IMG/VR virus record: IMGVR_UViG_3300025853_009406
Location: 32,001-96,000 of that record
Source: a virus
Length of the DNA: 64,000 bases
Reading direction: 5' to 3' (one strand)
Shown here: positions 16,404 through 27,359 of the stretch, piece by piece
Layout: each line of letters starts with the position of its first letter
Numbering within the stretch: the first letter of the stretch is position 1
The notes under the pieces: generated by a model
The model's database searches: none
Told to the model about the DNA's origin: nothing
What the model saw: the letters and a program-made list of their open reading frames with translations, nothing else
Program-made: the position numbers and the translations under genes

Positions 16404-18173
16404 CTACTTGGTATTAGAATCCGACACCTTTCCAAGATATGGATCATAATCAGTAATCATGTTTACATCAATATCTGATCCGTTCGCTTTCCAGAAGTTT
16501 AAAACTCCTCGATAAGAAGCTTTATGGAATTTATCAACATGATCTGGGTGGATTGTCGATCCTAGGTCTGTTTTATAAAGTAAAAGTGGAGTGGCGTAAG
16601 TCGCACCAGAGTTGTAGATTAGATCATCTGCAACAGGTCTTGGTTTAACACCATTGTCAAGTTTATATTTAGCGCCTCTCACATGATTTTTTATGATTTT
16701 TTCTGCATGATGCCTTGTAATGACATAACATGCGGTTGAAAAATCATTAACAAACCTGTTATGTACGGGAACTACGATATTACCAGTACAAATAATAGCT
16801 AGTTGTAAAACATCCCAAGAGTAAGGTGCTTTAGCAATAAAGTCTTGCCAAGTAAAGTTCCAATAGAGAACAGTCTCTAAACTACAATCATCTTCCATGA
16901 TGACTGCATAAGGAGAATCTGATGTTTCATACCAATGTTTGATTGCTTTAATATGAGAAGTAACACATCCAATCTCACCTGATGACATCATCGGAGGATA
17001 AGTTCCTTTGATAATATCACTTAGATCATCTTCTCTACCATCGTATGCAGAGATACGCTCATAGTTTTCAATTTCCCAATACTTAAACTGATCTTCCATC
17101 CACTTACGACGCTCAGGTTGACCATCTAGATTTAGATAATAGATAGGACCAAAGTTTTTAAGTTTGTAAGCTGCTTTGTTTTTTTCTGAGAAATCAAAAT
17201 CCAACTCCATTTTTTCCTCTTCTTTAGGAACATAAGATTCAATAAGTTTTTCCATGAAGGGAATGTGATATTTCTCTAGAGTATTTTTCCACTCAAACTG
17301 TTTTGCATACTCTAGGATTTCTTGACGATTAGCGACTGAATACTCTCTGTTCTTGATGATTTCGGATTCAACATATTCAATGTCGTTGATTTTATCTTCA
17401 GGGATTACAGTAATAAATCCTCTATCAATATCAAGATTTGCTTTACCCCATTCGCTAACAACAACACCTAGTCCTGCAGCGAATGCTTCCATACACACTA
17501 ATGGATGAGCTTCTCCATCAGAAAGAAGAACTAGATTTCCATATTCAGTCAACTCATCATATAGAGTTTCTTTAGTCCATTCCCCAAGATAGTTTTTGTT
17601 AATATCAAACTTTTTATCATCAACAATACCAGCATAATAAAGAGAACTAATAGACTGGAATAGATGCTGTCGTTTCCGATAGTCTACCTTTGCGACATAA
17701 ATGCTTTTATCACTTTGTTTTGGTTCTTCAGTTACTCTAAAGTTTTTCGAGTTTACGCCATTAGGAGTAACGAATACTTGATCTTCTGGAATATTATTAT
17801 TGACGTATACTTCTTTAATGCCTTCAGAAAGAGCAAATACATTTGGTTTGTAAACCTTGAATGCATCTAGTACAGCTCGATAACCGCCAATCTTTTCTGG
17901 TTGCTCAAGATATGCATAATGTGTTGTAATCGCTGTCGGATATTTAAGATGGGGATATAGTCCGACCATATTGTCAAACTCGATATGAACAAAATCTGGA
18001 TTAAACTCATCAATCTGCTTAATCGCATCAGATCCATTTGTAGTATTGACAATCTGAACTTCATGTCCAAGTTCTTCATAGCAACACTTCATGTCCCAAA
18101 TAAGAATTTCTACAGCACCCCACCCTTTAGGTGGAATAGGCATCACGCCAGGACCTACGATTGATACTTTCAT
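16404..18173 (-). CDS. bifunctional glycosyltransferase (GT4-like N-terminal, GT25 C-terminal)
   Basis: PIPPKGWGAVE and EAHPLVCMEA (GT-B); YYLNL...ERR, GEIGC..SH, IMEDD (GT25). Confidence 0.85.
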   Translation of the reverse strand: MKVSIVGPGVMPIPPKGWGAVEILIWDMKCCYEELGHEVQIVNTTNGSDAIKQIDEFNPDFVHIEFDNMVGLYPHLKYPTAITTHYAYLEQPEKIGGYRAVLDAFKVYKPNVFALSEGIKEVYVNNNIPEDQVFVTPNGVNSKNFRVTEEPKQSDKSIYVAKVDYRKRQHLFQSISSLYYAGIVDDKKFDINKNYLGEWTKETLYDELTEYGNLVLLSDGEAHPLVCMEAFAAGLGVVVSEWGKANLDIDRGFITVIPEDKINDIEYVESEIIKNREYSVANRQEILEYAKQFEWKNTLEKYHIPFMEKLIESYVPKEEEKMELDFDFSEKNKAAYKLKNFGPIYYLNLDGQPERRKWMEDQFKYWEIENYERISAYDGREDDLSDIIKGTYPPMMSSGEIGCVTSHIKAIKHWYETSDSPYAVIMEDDCSLETVLYWNFTWQDFIAKAPYSWDVLQLAIICTGNIVVPVHNRFVNDFSTACYVITRHHAEKIIKNHVRGAKYKLDNGVKPRPVADDLIYNSGATYATPLLLYKTDLGSTIHPDHVDKFHKASYRGVLNFWKANGSDIDVNMITDYDPYLGKVSDSNTK

Positions 18174-18286
18174 TCTACTTCTCCCATGTCATAGTCACAC
18201 ATTTCCTTTACAAGATCTTCAAAAGAATATTTTGGATCCCAGTTTAGAGTTTTTTTGGCAAAACTGGGATCTCCAACAAGAGTATT
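18170..18286 (-). pseudogene. C-terminal remnant of a second GDP-mannose 4,6-dehydratase
   Basis: Translates as NTLVGDPSFAKKTLNWDPKYSFEDLVKEMCDYDMGEVE*, matching the end of the intact gmd ([29 protein letters not shown]); no start codon. Confidence 0.8.
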
Positions 18287-19098
18287 TATCTCTTAGATAA
18301 CTCCTGAATAAACTCGTAGTCTCTATGCTTTCCAGCATGATTTTCAAAGGCAATAAACATATCTGGATTATTTTTATAAACATATGCCATAGCACTTTGC
18401 TCATTGTTGATTAGATTGTTAGCGATCATTTTGTTTTGAAGGACATCATCTACAAGATCACAGAACTTACTCATGACTTCTGCTCCTCCACACCAAAGAC
18501 CTCCCATTACCCACGTTCTACCATCCCACAAATCTTCTAAGGTATATGATTTAGCATTAACCAAATCTCCATAGTAAGACATGAAGGTTTGTATTATAAC
18601 ATGGTCTTTGCAATCTAGCAATGTTTCCATGGCAGTCTGTGATGGATACTCCAAATCCATGCCAAAGAAAAATCTAGATAGACCAGCATCCATCCACATA
18701 AAAAGTTCAGTATTAAAGGGATTGTCGGAAATAATCCGATTTACCCATCGAAACTTAGAATAGATAACTGAGTTATAAAGAGCTAGTTTACATTCTACTC
18801 TGTTGGGAGCTTGAACTTTTTCCTTAAAGTTATCAGAGTTTAAAATACCATCAATCTTCTCAGTTAAATGATAGTAAGGAATATCTTCCAATGCTTGGGT
18901 GATTATCTTTGTAGGCAACCCTTCCCTACATTTTTCTACAAATGAAACAAGAGACTCTTCTACAAAGATTACCATCGGTCTGGTAACTTTTAGAGTTTCT
19001 TCAAACCAAGAAAGATATTCTTGAAACTTTCTACCATCTCCATCTTGTTCTCTATTGATATCATAAAGAGCAGTTACTATTGTGATAGAATCAGACAT
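18286..19098 (-). CDS. HtrL/WlaTC-family glycosyltransferase-like protein
   Basis: TIVTALYDI, NPFNT..FMWMDAG, NNEQ motifs. Confidence 0.75.
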   Translation of the reverse strand: MSDSITIVTALYDINREQDGDGRKFQEYLSWFEETLKVTRPMVIFVEESLVSFVEKCREGLPTKIITQALEDIPYYHLTEKIDGILNSDNFKEKVQAPNRVECKLALYNSVIYSKFRWVNRIISDNPFNTELFMWMDAGLSRFFFGMDLEYPSQTAMETLLDCKDHVIIQTFMSYYGDLVNAKSYTLEDLWDGRTWVMGGLWCGGAEVMSKFCDLVDDVLQNKMIANNLINNEQSAMAYVYKNNPDMFIAFENHAGKHRDYEFIQELSKR

Positions 19099-19807
19099 GA
19101 TATTTTGAATTATTTTTACTTAAATGAACAATCTTAGGTTCAAAATCACAGTATTGACCGAACATTTCTGGGTATGCAAACTGTGGTCCTAAGACATTTG
19201 TATTATCTCGGTTTTCTATAAGAAACTTATTAAGGTGACTTTCATCATGCCACTGAGCAATTACATCATTATCTAAATCTATTTGAACTCGACGATCGAG
19301 TTCACAAATAAGATTCATAATCTTTGAAGACTTTCCTCCCCATAAGCATCCTTGGAAATACACAGATAAATCATCATCCTCTGAAATGGCAGATGTAGAT
19401 TTTTTATTCGTCTCAAACGCACCAAACTTCTGATTATGTGGGGGCATCTTAAGAAAATGGCAAGGATGATGAACACCAAAGAAATCTTTAGTATCATCAA
19501 AGAACTCTTCTTCAGTTACAGTATCTACAACTAAAGCATCCGCATCAATAAAAACAAACCAATCTGTTTCTGAGATTACATCTTTTGCTTTTTGAATAAT
19601 CTCAAATCTTTTTAGTGTGATATAAGGCCATTCAATATGCTCATAGTCATAGGTATTAATATCTTCAGGAAAATCTCCATCACCATCAGTAAAAACTAAA
19701 AACTGTTTTTCGGTATTAGGCAAAAAATATTCATGAATATTTTCATAGTATCTGGGAAGAAAGTTTAAATACTTTCCTGTTCCAATAAAACAAATAGCAA
19801 CTTTCAT
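19091..19807 (-). CDS. family 6 glycosyltransferase
   Basis: IGTGKY, WPYITLKRF, FIDAD, WHDESHLNK, PKIVHLSK. Confidence 0.9.
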   Translation of the reverse strand: MKVAICFIGTGKYLNFLPRYYENIHEYFLPNTEKQFLVFTDGDGDFPEDINTYDYEHIEWPYITLKRFEIIQKAKDVISETDWFVFIDADALVVDTVTEEEFFDDTKDFFGVHHPCHFLKMPPHNQKFGAFETNKKSTSAISEDDDLSVYFQGCLWGGKSSKIMNLICELDRRVQIDLDNDVIAQWHDESHLNKFLIENRDNTNVLGPQFAYPEMFGQYCDFEPKIVHLSKNNSKYHV

Positions 19808-20433
19808 CGTTTTAAAAAATCATAGTTTACATGTTTACCTGCAATGTCAGAGAAGTCACTTCTTTGCCATGCCAAATGAGGTCTGAAAATATAAGTCCTT
19901 AAGTAAGATTGCAGTTTTGTATATATTACATCTAATGGTCCTTCCATCTTAGACACAAAATCAATAAGCAGATCATAGCAACTACTGTTTATTGCATATG
20001 CATGAGTAGCGTGAGCATTATAAACTTTATATACATGATCCGTTACTTTGATTGGCGGTCTATTCATGTATGGATAGCATAATGCATGAGTAGCACCAAG
20101 ATATAAAATATCCCATTCAGGAACTTCTTTTATATACTCTGAGAAAAGTTTATCAAAGTTTGAACAAAACTCAACATCATCTTCTAAGATCAAAACATTT
20201 GACACATTATCTTCTTTACACTTTTTTAAAATGTTTAAATGTGAAAGAAGACACCCTACTTCTCCATGACTCATTTTTCCAACACGATCATGTTTAGTGC
20301 CATCTACGGCTTCATACCTTTCAACATTAATATTATATTGAGAGAATACTTCTTTACAAATATCCCATCGTTCTGGTCTTCGTTCTAGATTGACACAATA
20401 GATTTTTTCAAAGCAGTCATTAAGAGTTTTCAT
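19804..20433 (-). CDS. family 25 glycosyltransferase
   Basis: YCVNLERRPERW, GEVGCLLSH, LILEDD. Confidence 0.88.
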   Translation of the reverse strand: MKTLNDCFEKIYCVNLERRPERWDICKEVFSQYNINVERYEAVDGTKHDRVGKMSHGEVGCLLSHLNILKKCKEDNVSNVLILEDDVEFCSNFDKLFSEYIKEVPEWDILYLGATHALCYPYMNRPPIKVTDHVYKVYNAHATHAYAINSSCYDLLIDFVSKMEGPLDVIYTKLQSYLRTYIFRPHLAWQRSDFSDIAGKHVNYDFLKR

Positions 20434-21076
20434 CGTATCTTGTTAAATATTTTCTAAAAATAGAAGATCCTGCATTAAATTTTACTGCTTGAGTAAACAA
20501 ATCTTTTTGCCCACGATCATGGGCACTAATGTTATTATAGATTCTAATATATCCCTTCTTTGATTTGCTGTTTAACTCTTCAATATTATCCAAGTATCTT
20601 TGCCAATTTGGACGCTCTACAATATCATTACTGTCTAGTATTTTTTTAATACAGTCTGGTTGCAACTCAAGATTAATCAGATCTTCATAGTAAATAAAAG
20701 TTGCTTGATTTTTGCTCCAGTCATAATAACGAAGAAGATTGCAATAATCTTTTATTTGATCATTTAAAGATCTAGATGATCCTCTCTTTGAATGAGAAAC
20801 AATAGCATCATAATAATCTCTAATAATAAGAGTTACTTTTGAATCTTTGATAAGTTCTTTTTCATTGAGTGTTGGATCTACCAAATGAAACTTCCTAAGA
20901 ATCGGAGGATTCTTAGGTTTAACTTCTAGGTTTCCACCAACCAGATAGTCGATTGCACTATCTGGAATGTCTTCATTAAAATCAACAACAACCCTTTCGG
21001 TAATGTATTCAATCAAAAACCTCAATAAAGTATTACCACTTCTAGGGTAAGATATTAAACAGTTTGGTTCACTCAT
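20420..21076 (-). CDS. sulfotransferase-domain protein
   Basis: SYPRSGNTLLR PAPS loop, IIRDYYDAIVS, YEDL. Confidence 0.75.
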   Translation of the reverse strand: MSEPNCLISYPRSGNTLLRFLIEYITERVVVDFNEDIPDSAIDYLVGGNLEVKPKNPPILRKFHLVDPTLNEKELIKDSKVTLIIRDYYDAIVSHSKRGSSRSLNDQIKDYCNLLRYYDWSKNQATFIYYEDLINLELQPDCIKKILDSNDIVERPNWQRYLDNIEELNSKSKKGYIRIYNNISAHDRGQKDLFTQAVKFNAGSSIFRKYLTRYDENS

Positions 21077-21861
21077 AACACAATCCAATCACTACAATAT
21101 ATATCCTTAGTTTCAAGGTGTGCATTATTTGGACCAAACCATTCCTTAGGAGCAACAATAGTTTTTGCCTCCGATATATAAGCTCCCCACCAACTAAAAG
21201 TACTACTAGCAGTAATGATATATTGACACTTTGTCATCAGACATAGGTCAAGATATGCATCATCAGTTTCAGAAACTAAGAACCTATCAGAAGAAAAAAT
21301 AGATTGCTTTTTGCACCATGCAGGATCATCAGAAAAGATTAGAACCTCACAATCTCCAGGAATCTGATTCAAAGCTAGTTGAAAATAGTTTTCATTCTGA
21401 GAGTTATGACTCGGATTATTTACATAATCAGTTCTTCTAATGTGAATAGCGGCAACGTTTTCACTAAAAGAATCTCTTACTTCAGTTGCAACAGATTCAT
21501 ATTCCGATTTAAATTTAAAATCTTTTTTGATTTCATCTTTAATATGATCAAACCATTTAGCACTTTGAAAGAAACCAAATAAGTTTACGTTTCCTTCTGG
21601 TAGATTTTCAAATAACTCTGGATCAAATCCAAACCCTTTCTCCTGAACAGTAGGAAAATCAGAGATACCACGTTGGCAAACAATGTCAAAGCAATCGTCA
21701 ATATTACTTCTAAGTTTTGTATAATAATGTTTACCAAATACCTCAGTTGGAGGAATCATAAAATCCTTACCATGCTTTACAGCAATACCTTTAGTAGCTG
21801 CGTACTGGAACATTTGATTTCCCAAATGTCCATTATTACCAAGATGATTAAACGATATCAT
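21073..21861 (-). CDS. family 11 alpha-1,2-fucosyl/colitosyltransferase
   Basis: GHLGNQMFQYA, HIRRTDY, FSDD, STFSWWGAY. Confidence 0.93.
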   Translation of the reverse strand: MISFNHLGNNGHLGNQMFQYAATKGIAVKHGKDFMIPPTEVFGKHYYTKLRSNIDDCFDIVCQRGISDFPTVQEKGFGFDPELFENLPEGNVNLFGFFQSAKWFDHIKDEIKKDFKFKSEYESVATEVRDSFSENVAAIHIRRTDYVNNPSHNSQNENYFQLALNQIPGDCEVLIFSDDPAWCKKQSIFSSDRFLVSETDDAYLDLCLMTKCQYIITASSTFSWWGAYISEAKTIVAPKEWFGPNNAHLETKDIYCSDWIVL

Positions 21862-22657
21862 AGTTTTCTAAAATAAAATCTTCTAGCACTCCAATCTTTT
21901 TAACACGCTCTAGATTATCTTCTATAGCATCCATTTTATCATAATAGATTTCTTCAGAAACTTCAAACTCCTCAGTGAGTTCAATAATACCTTCTGCATT
22001 AAAATACTCACTGATAGAAGGAGATCCCATATAGACTGGAATAGTTCCAGTTGCAAAACAATCTAAAATCTTTTCAGTATGATAGGAATCGTAGAATCCA
22101 TTCTCAATCGCCACTGAAAACATATAATCACAAAGTCCTTCTTCTTTCAAAGGGATTTCATTAAATCCTCTACCAAAAAGATCCACTTGATCACCAATCA
22201 TATCAACCCATTTTAGTCTGAGTTTATGTCCTGGTGTACTATTTTTATTTGATGTAATAAAAGATAGCATCTTTGTTTTTGGATATACTTGTGGATCTTT
22301 AATCCAAGTTCCATTTGGAGGACACCATTTAAATCTCTCATCAAGATCCAATAGTTCTTTATTGTGAGTGAAAATATATCTAAAAACTTCTAGATATTCT
22401 TTATAATCTCTTTTTACATCATTAACAATATCTGGAGTAACATACTTTGACTCTAGCAACCACCCATATTTAATACCTTTTACATTATCAGAGAATGCTT
22501 GTGTCATGCTCCGATCAACATAAAATGAAATCCCATTGCTATCATCAAAAACCCACTCTACAGTTTTTGCTTCTTTCCCATGAACAGAGTATCCTTTATT
22601 TCCATGAGTGAGATGGGTAAAAGAATCTCCAACCAAATTTAACTTAGTTTTACTCAT
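21848..22657 (-). CDS. family 10 fucosyltransferase-like protein
   Basis: YMFSVAIEN...YHTEKILDCFATGTIPVYMG; start set at MSKTKL. Confidence 0.85.
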   Translation of the reverse strand: MSKTKLNLVGDSFTHLTHGNKGYSVHGKEAKTVEWVFDDSNGISFYVDRSMTQAFSDNVKGIKYGWLLESKYVTPDIVNDVKRDYKEYLEVFRYIFTHNKELLDLDERFKWCPPNGTWIKDPQVYPKTKMLSFITSNKNSTPGHKLRLKWVDMIGDQVDLFGRGFNEIPLKEEGLCDYMFSVAIENGFYDSYHTEKILDCFATGTIPVYMGSPSISEYFNAEGIIELTEEFEVSEEIYYDKMDAIEDNLERVKKIGVLEDFILENYDIV

Positions 22658-23003
22658 CAAATACACCCTTGTAAAGTTTAACACTATCTTCCCTGATAGG
22701 AGTTCCATTAACAATGGAATCTTCAACTAGAAGATTAATAGCTTGGACCAGTTTAGGTCTTTTTACTTTGAAGCAGATATCGATCTTTTTCTTTAGTTGA
22801 GCAATCTCTTCATCAGTTGTTGCTTCCTGAATGGCATCTTCTAACATCCAAGTTCTAATATGAAGAATAGCAAGTTTCTCCACAACTTCCCCAAGATTAT
22901 CTGTTGCAATATACTCAACATCAGGGATCTCTCTCTTGGAAAGAAATGTTTTAATAGTTTCTTGAAGACAATCTTCTAAAAGTGTTCCGAATGTAGTAAT
23001 CAT
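22650..23003 (-). CDS. hypothetical protein
   Basis: ORF overlapping its neighbours in the glycan operon. Confidence 0.65.
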   Translation of the reverse strand: MITTFGTLLEDCLQETIKTFLSKREIPDVEYIATDNLGEVVEKLAILHIRTWMLEDAIQEATTDEEIAQLKKKIDICFKVKRPKLVQAINLLVEDSIVNGTPIREDSVKLYKGVFDE

Positions 23004-23004
23004 T

Positions 23005-23871
23005 TTAGTACATAATAGGTTTTTTGATTTCAGTTTCAATCAAATCATATACAACATTTAAGTTGTGTTGATCTGTATTAACTTGCTTTGCTACTGAGTT
23101 GTCATACCAAATGCCTTCACTAGGATACTTAGAAAAACTAATATAAGTTTTTGTCTTATCCAAAAGATTTTTTTTAGTATGTGTGTAGCAATATGGACCA
23201 GATGCCCTTCCAATTATTATATCACATGATATTGAAATATATGATATTAGGAGAAGGTCGCAATCGATATTACCAGTTATCTGAGGAACTCTGATAATGC
23301 TTTCATGATTTATCTTTGTTTTATTAGTCATCAAGAAAGCAACCTTAGGATATTCTTTAGCAAGGCGCTCTATAACTGGATCAAAATCAAAGTTTTTAAT
23401 CTGACCAGACATGCAATCATTATTACATACCAAAACTATTTTGTCATAACAGGCTCTTATTGTACACAAATCATTGATTACATTATCTGGAACATATGGA
23501 TCCATATCAAAGAACTTTACTGTAGGCAAAAGATCTTCTTCATGATCATATTTAATGCCATAGTATTGAAAGATTTCATCTGCTAGAGGAACATATCCCC
23601 TAAAAGAACATGCATCTTTTTTAACAAACTTTGCTTTTTCTTTCCCAATCCAAGTGTTGATAAGATTTTCCTTATAGTTGTTTGCACCTCTTGGGATATG
23701 AATATTTGGGTTTGTGGGACCAGCATACAATCCTGGATAATCATTTAGAATTTTAGGATTCATTCTATGATAATACTTTACATCAAAATCATTTTTTAAA
23801 AACTGATCGATGATTATCCTAGAATAAAAAACATCACCATTATGAAAATCATTATAAAGTTTAATAGTCAT
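23005..23871 (-). CDS. hypothetical protein, possibly a GT-B glycosyltransferase
   Basis: HNGDVFYSR and CDIIIGRASGP motifs; operon context. Confidence 0.55.
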   Translation of the reverse strand: MTIKLYNDFHNGDVFYSRIIIDQFLKNDFDVKYYHRMNPKILNDYPGLYAGPTNPNIHIPRGANNYKENLINTWIGKEKAKFVKKDACSFRGYVPLADEIFQYYGIKYDHEEDLLPTVKFFDMDPYVPDNVINDLCTIRACYDKIVLVCNNDCMSGQIKNFDFDPVIERLAKEYPKVAFLMTNKTKINHESIIRVPQITGNIDCDLLLISYISISCDIIIGRASGPYCYTHTKKNLLDKTKTYISFSKYPSEGIWYDNSVAKQVNTDQHNLNVVYDLIETEIKKPIMY

Positions 23872-25028
23872 AATACTTCTAAAATATCAGATAAAAGTTG
23901 TAGATGATCTGGACCAACAAACTGACTGTTACCAATATAAATCCCATTTTCATGAATAAGATCTACATTTAAAGTACCTTCTTTGTTACTGCAGATTTCA
24001 TAGTTTAAGTATGGTTGTCGTAACAAGTTTCCACCAACAACTGGTCGATATTCAACTCCACGGTCAATAAGAAGATCAATAAGACGCTTCTTAACTTCAA
24101 CCGTTTTACAGATTAATGGAAAGCAAAAAGAACTATTTCCAAGGTTATGTGCAATGGGGTAAAGTTTAGAGCAGTTGTTTACAATATCAACATACTCATC
24201 ATAGTTTTCTCTCCTAATATCAATAATTGTATCAAGACGTTTTAGTTGAGAAGATCCAAGCACGGCACCTAACTCAGTATTCCTAAAGTTATACCCATCA
24301 GTTACAAACAAAAAAGACTTTTCAATCTCTGGGTTTTGTTTAGAATAATAGTCAAAATGATCAGATGCTCTAGCAAGACCATGCGTTCTTTTCATCTTCA
24401 TCAGATCATATAGCTCACTATTGTTAGTAGAAATCATTCCACCTTCAATGGTTGACATATGGTGTCCAAAGTAAAAACTGAACGTAGATCCTAGACTATT
24501 AGAACCAACTTTTTCTCCAAGTAGTTCACATCCATGAGATTCGCATACATCATCTAAAAAGATGGCGTCTGGAAAATAGGACTTATATACAGGAACATTG
24601 GCAGGAATACCAAGCAAGTGTGTTACAAAAACTAACTTAATATCTGGATGTTGTTCTTTAACATACTGCAAGGATTCTAAATCAAATCCATAATCTTCCA
24701 AACTAACGTCACAAAAAATAGGAGTAAGTCCAAGTTGAAAGATGGGATTAATATTTGTCACCCATGTACATGCTGGTAGCAAAACTTTATCTCCTCTCTT
24801 GAGTCCATAAAGTTCCATAACTGCAGCAATAAGAAGAAAGTTTGCCGTACTGCCAGAGGTTACATAAAGAGAATGTTTACAACCTAACCAGTTAGACCAC
24901 TCATCCTCAAACTTTTTTACTCTTTCTCCTTGAGTAAATCTATCTGACGTAAGAATAAACTTTGCTAATTTTAATCTGTCCATAAAAGACAGAGTATTTT
25001 TCATCAATGGCCAGTTATACCCTTTCAT
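23868..25028 (-). CDS. DegT/DnrJ-family PLP enzyme, probably ColD-type 3-dehydratase
   Basis: SGSTAN, DVCESHG, SFYFGHHMSTIEGG (His at the usual Lys position), GYNFR. Confidence 0.85.
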   Translation of the reverse strand: MKGYNWPLMKNTLSFMDRLKLAKFILTSDRFTQGERVKKFEDEWSNWLGCKHSLYVTSGSTANFLLIAAVMELYGLKRGDKVLLPACTWVTNINPIFQLGLTPIFCDVSLEDYGFDLESLQYVKEQHPDIKLVFVTHLLGIPANVPVYKSYFPDAIFLDDVCESHGCELLGEKVGSNSLGSTFSFYFGHHMSTIEGGMISTNNSELYDLMKMKRTHGLARASDHFDYYSKQNPEIEKSFLFVTDGYNFRNTELGAVLGSSQLKRLDTIIDIRRENYDEYVDIVNNCSKLYPIAHNLGNSSFCFPLICKTVEVKKRLIDLLIDRGVEYRPVVGGNLLRQPYLNYEICSNKEGTLNVDLIHENGIYIGNSQFVGPDHLQLLSDILEVL

Positions 25029-25959
25029 ATGTGCTCCTATTCTTCAAGAACCAATCAATAGTAATCTTAAGACCATCTTCTAAATTTGTTTTAGCAGACC
25101 AGTTTAATGATTTCATTTTAGAAGTATCCAACGCTCTCCTCGGAGTTCCGTTGGGTTTTGACGTATCCCATGAGATAAGTCCTTCATAACCAACATACTT
25201 TGCAACGATTTCTGATAACTCCCTGATACTAACTTCCCGATCTGGTCCAATATTTATAATCTCTGGATCATCATAGTTATTCATCAAAAAGATAAGACCA
25301 TCTGCTAAATCATCAGAGAATAAAAACTCTCTAGTAGGACTACCATCACCAAAACAAGTTACAATAAGACTATTATTATCTTTTGCAGTGATAAACTTAT
25401 TAATAAAACTTGGAATAACATGACACTTTTCGATATTGAAGTTGTCATTGATTCCATATAGATTGTTTGGCATTACAGAAATAGTATCAAAACCATATTG
25501 CTCTGAATACTTTTTACACATAATGTAACCAGAGATTTTTGCCAGTGAATATGCAATGTTAGTCTCCTCTAAAGGAGAAGTCATTAAATATTCTTCTTTG
25601 ATTGGTACTGGAGCATGTTTAGGATAGATACATGCTGATCCAAGAAATGCAAGTTTTTTAGCTGCGTTTTGATATGCTGCATCTATAACATTTGTTTGGA
25701 TCTGTAGATTATCTCTAATAAAATCGGCAGGGATTGCTTTGTTATAACTAATACCACCTACTCTTGCAGCAGAAAGAAACACATACTCAGGTTTATGATA
25801 TTCAAAAAAGTCTTCTACATCAACTTGACGAGTAAGATCTACTTTTGATTTATCTGCTGTAATAATATTGGAATATCCTTGGTTTGTAAGTTGCCTGATT
25901 AGAGCAGATCCTACTAGACCTTTATGTCCTGCAACATAAATTTTCGAATCATGATTCAT
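25015..25959 (-). CDS. fcl: GDP-L-fucose synthase / ColC-like epimerase-reductase
   Basis: [39 protein letters not shown]. Confidence 0.92.
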   Translation of the reverse strand: MNHDSKIYVAGHKGLVGSALIRQLTNQGYSNIITADKSKVDLTRQVDVEDFFEYHKPEYVFLSAARVGGISYNKAIPADFIRDNLQIQTNVIDAAYQNAAKKLAFLGSACIYPKHAPVPIKEEYLMTSPLEETNIAYSLAKISGYIMCKKYSEQYGFDTISVMPNNLYGINDNFNIEKCHVIPSFINKFITAKDNNSLIVTCFGDGSPTREFLFSDDLADGLIFLMNNYDDPEIINIGPDREVSIRELSEIVAKYVGYEGLISWDTSKPNGTPRRALDTSKMKSLNWSAKTNLEDGLKITIDWFLKNRSTYERV

Positions 25960-26950
25960 TTTGACACATCTCCATAACTAGATCACAAAAAGATACAGTT
26001 GGTTCCCAACCAAGTTGTTCTTTTGCTTTTGTTGGATCTCCCAAAAGAGTTTTTACTTCTGCTGGTCGATAATATTTTGGATTAACTGTAACAATGGTTT
26101 TTTTAGTCTTTTGATCCATACCAATCTCATCTTCACCACTACCATGCCACTCAATATCCATTCCAAAATAAGGAGCTGCTTTTTCTACAAACTCTCGAAC
26201 AGAATGCTGAACACCAGTAGCAATGACATAATCTTCAGGAGTTTCTTGCTGGAGCATCATCCACATTGCTTTACAATAGTCTCTGGCATGTCCCCAATCC
26301 CTCTTTGCATCTAGATTTCCAAGTTGCAGAAGAGTTTGCTTCCCTTCAGAGATTGCTTTTAGTCCTCGTACAATTTTACGAGTTACAAATGTCTCACCGC
26401 GTCGTGGAGATTCGTGATTAAAAAGAATACCACTACAGGCATACATTCCATATGACTCACGATAGTTCTTTACAATCCAATATCCATACAGTTTTGCAAC
26501 ACCATATGGAGAACGTGGATAAAAAGGTGTCGTTTCTGTTTGAGGAATCTCTTGCACCTTTCCATAGAGTTCGCTAGTAGATGCTTGGTAAATACGAATC
26601 TTATCTTCCATACCCAGAAGACGAACTGCCTCAAGGACTCTAAGAGTGCCCAGTCCATCAGTCTGTCCTGTGTACTCAGGCATCTCAAACGATACCTTGA
26701 CGTGACTCTGAGCGCCAAGATTATAGATTTCGTCTGGTTGAACTTGCTGAATAACCCCTACTAGGTTAGTAGAATCAGTCAAATCTCCATAATGAAGATT
26801 AAGTTTATCGTAAATATGATCAATACGATGTGTGTTGATCAAAGAAGCACGACGAACAATACCATGAACTTCATAACCTTTTTCAAGGAGAAGTTCTGCG
26901 AGGTATGAACCGTCTTGTCCCGTAATACCAGTGATTAAAGCTTTTTTCAT
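25949..26950 (-). CDS. gmd: GDP-mannose 4,6-dehydratase
   Basis: [50 protein letters not shown]. Confidence 0.98.
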   Translation of the reverse strand: MKKALITGITGQDGSYLAELLLEKGYEVHGIVRRASLINTHRIDHIYDKLNLHYGDLTDSTNLVGVIQQVQPDEIYNLGAQSHVKVSFEMPEYTGQTDGLGTLRVLEAVRLLGMEDKIRIYQASTSELYGKVQEIPQTETTPFYPRSPYGVAKLYGYWIVKNYRESYGMYACSGILFNHESPRRGETFVTRKIVRGLKAISEGKQTLLQLGNLDAKRDWGHARDYCKAMWMMLQQETPEDYVIATGVQHSVREFVEKAAPYFGMDIEWHGSGEDEIGMDQKTKKTIVTVNPKYYRPAEVKTLLGDPTKAKEQLGWEPTVSFCDLVMEMCQNES

Positions 26951-26953
26951 AAA

Positions 26954-27295
26954 TCAAACTCTTCCAAAATCATCTTCAAGTCTAACAATGTCATCCTCAT
27001 CGCAAGGATCACCAATCTGAACTTCAATAAGGGTTATTCCTGTTTCGCCTCCCGTAACTCTATGCACAGTAGTTCTTGGTACAAAAATAAAGTCTCCAAC
27101 TTTTACATCTCTTTCAGACTCACCCACAATAACTTTAGCATCTCCTTGAACAACTGTCCAGTATTCGTTTCTTAAGTTATGATACTGGAGAGAAAAACTT
27201 TTTCCAGGATCGACATAAAGTCTTTTACATTTATAGTTGGAGGTTTCGGAAAAAACTTCCTCATACCACCCCCAAGGTTTTTCAACTCTTTCCAT
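26954..27295 (-). CDS. type II phosphomannose isomerase C-terminal cupin
   Basis: KPWGWY, SLQYH..RNEYW.VVQG, IEVQIG...EDDIVRLEDDFGR. Confidence 0.9.
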   Translation of the reverse strand: MERVEKPWGWYEEVFSETSNYKCKRLYVDPGKSFSLQYHNLRNEYWTVVQGDAKVIVGESERDVKVGDFIFVPRTTVHRVTGGETGITLIEVQIGDPCDEDDIVRLEDDFGRV

Positions 27296-27330
27296 GTACA
27301 TAAACATAGTGACTATGATATGTATACAAG

Positions 27331-27359
27331 AAAAAAGGAGGGTTATTACACCCCCCTTT
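27331..27359 (-). terminator. intrinsic terminator
   Basis: AAAGGGGGGU-GUAAUA-ACCCUCCUUUUUU on the minus strand. Confidence 0.75.
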
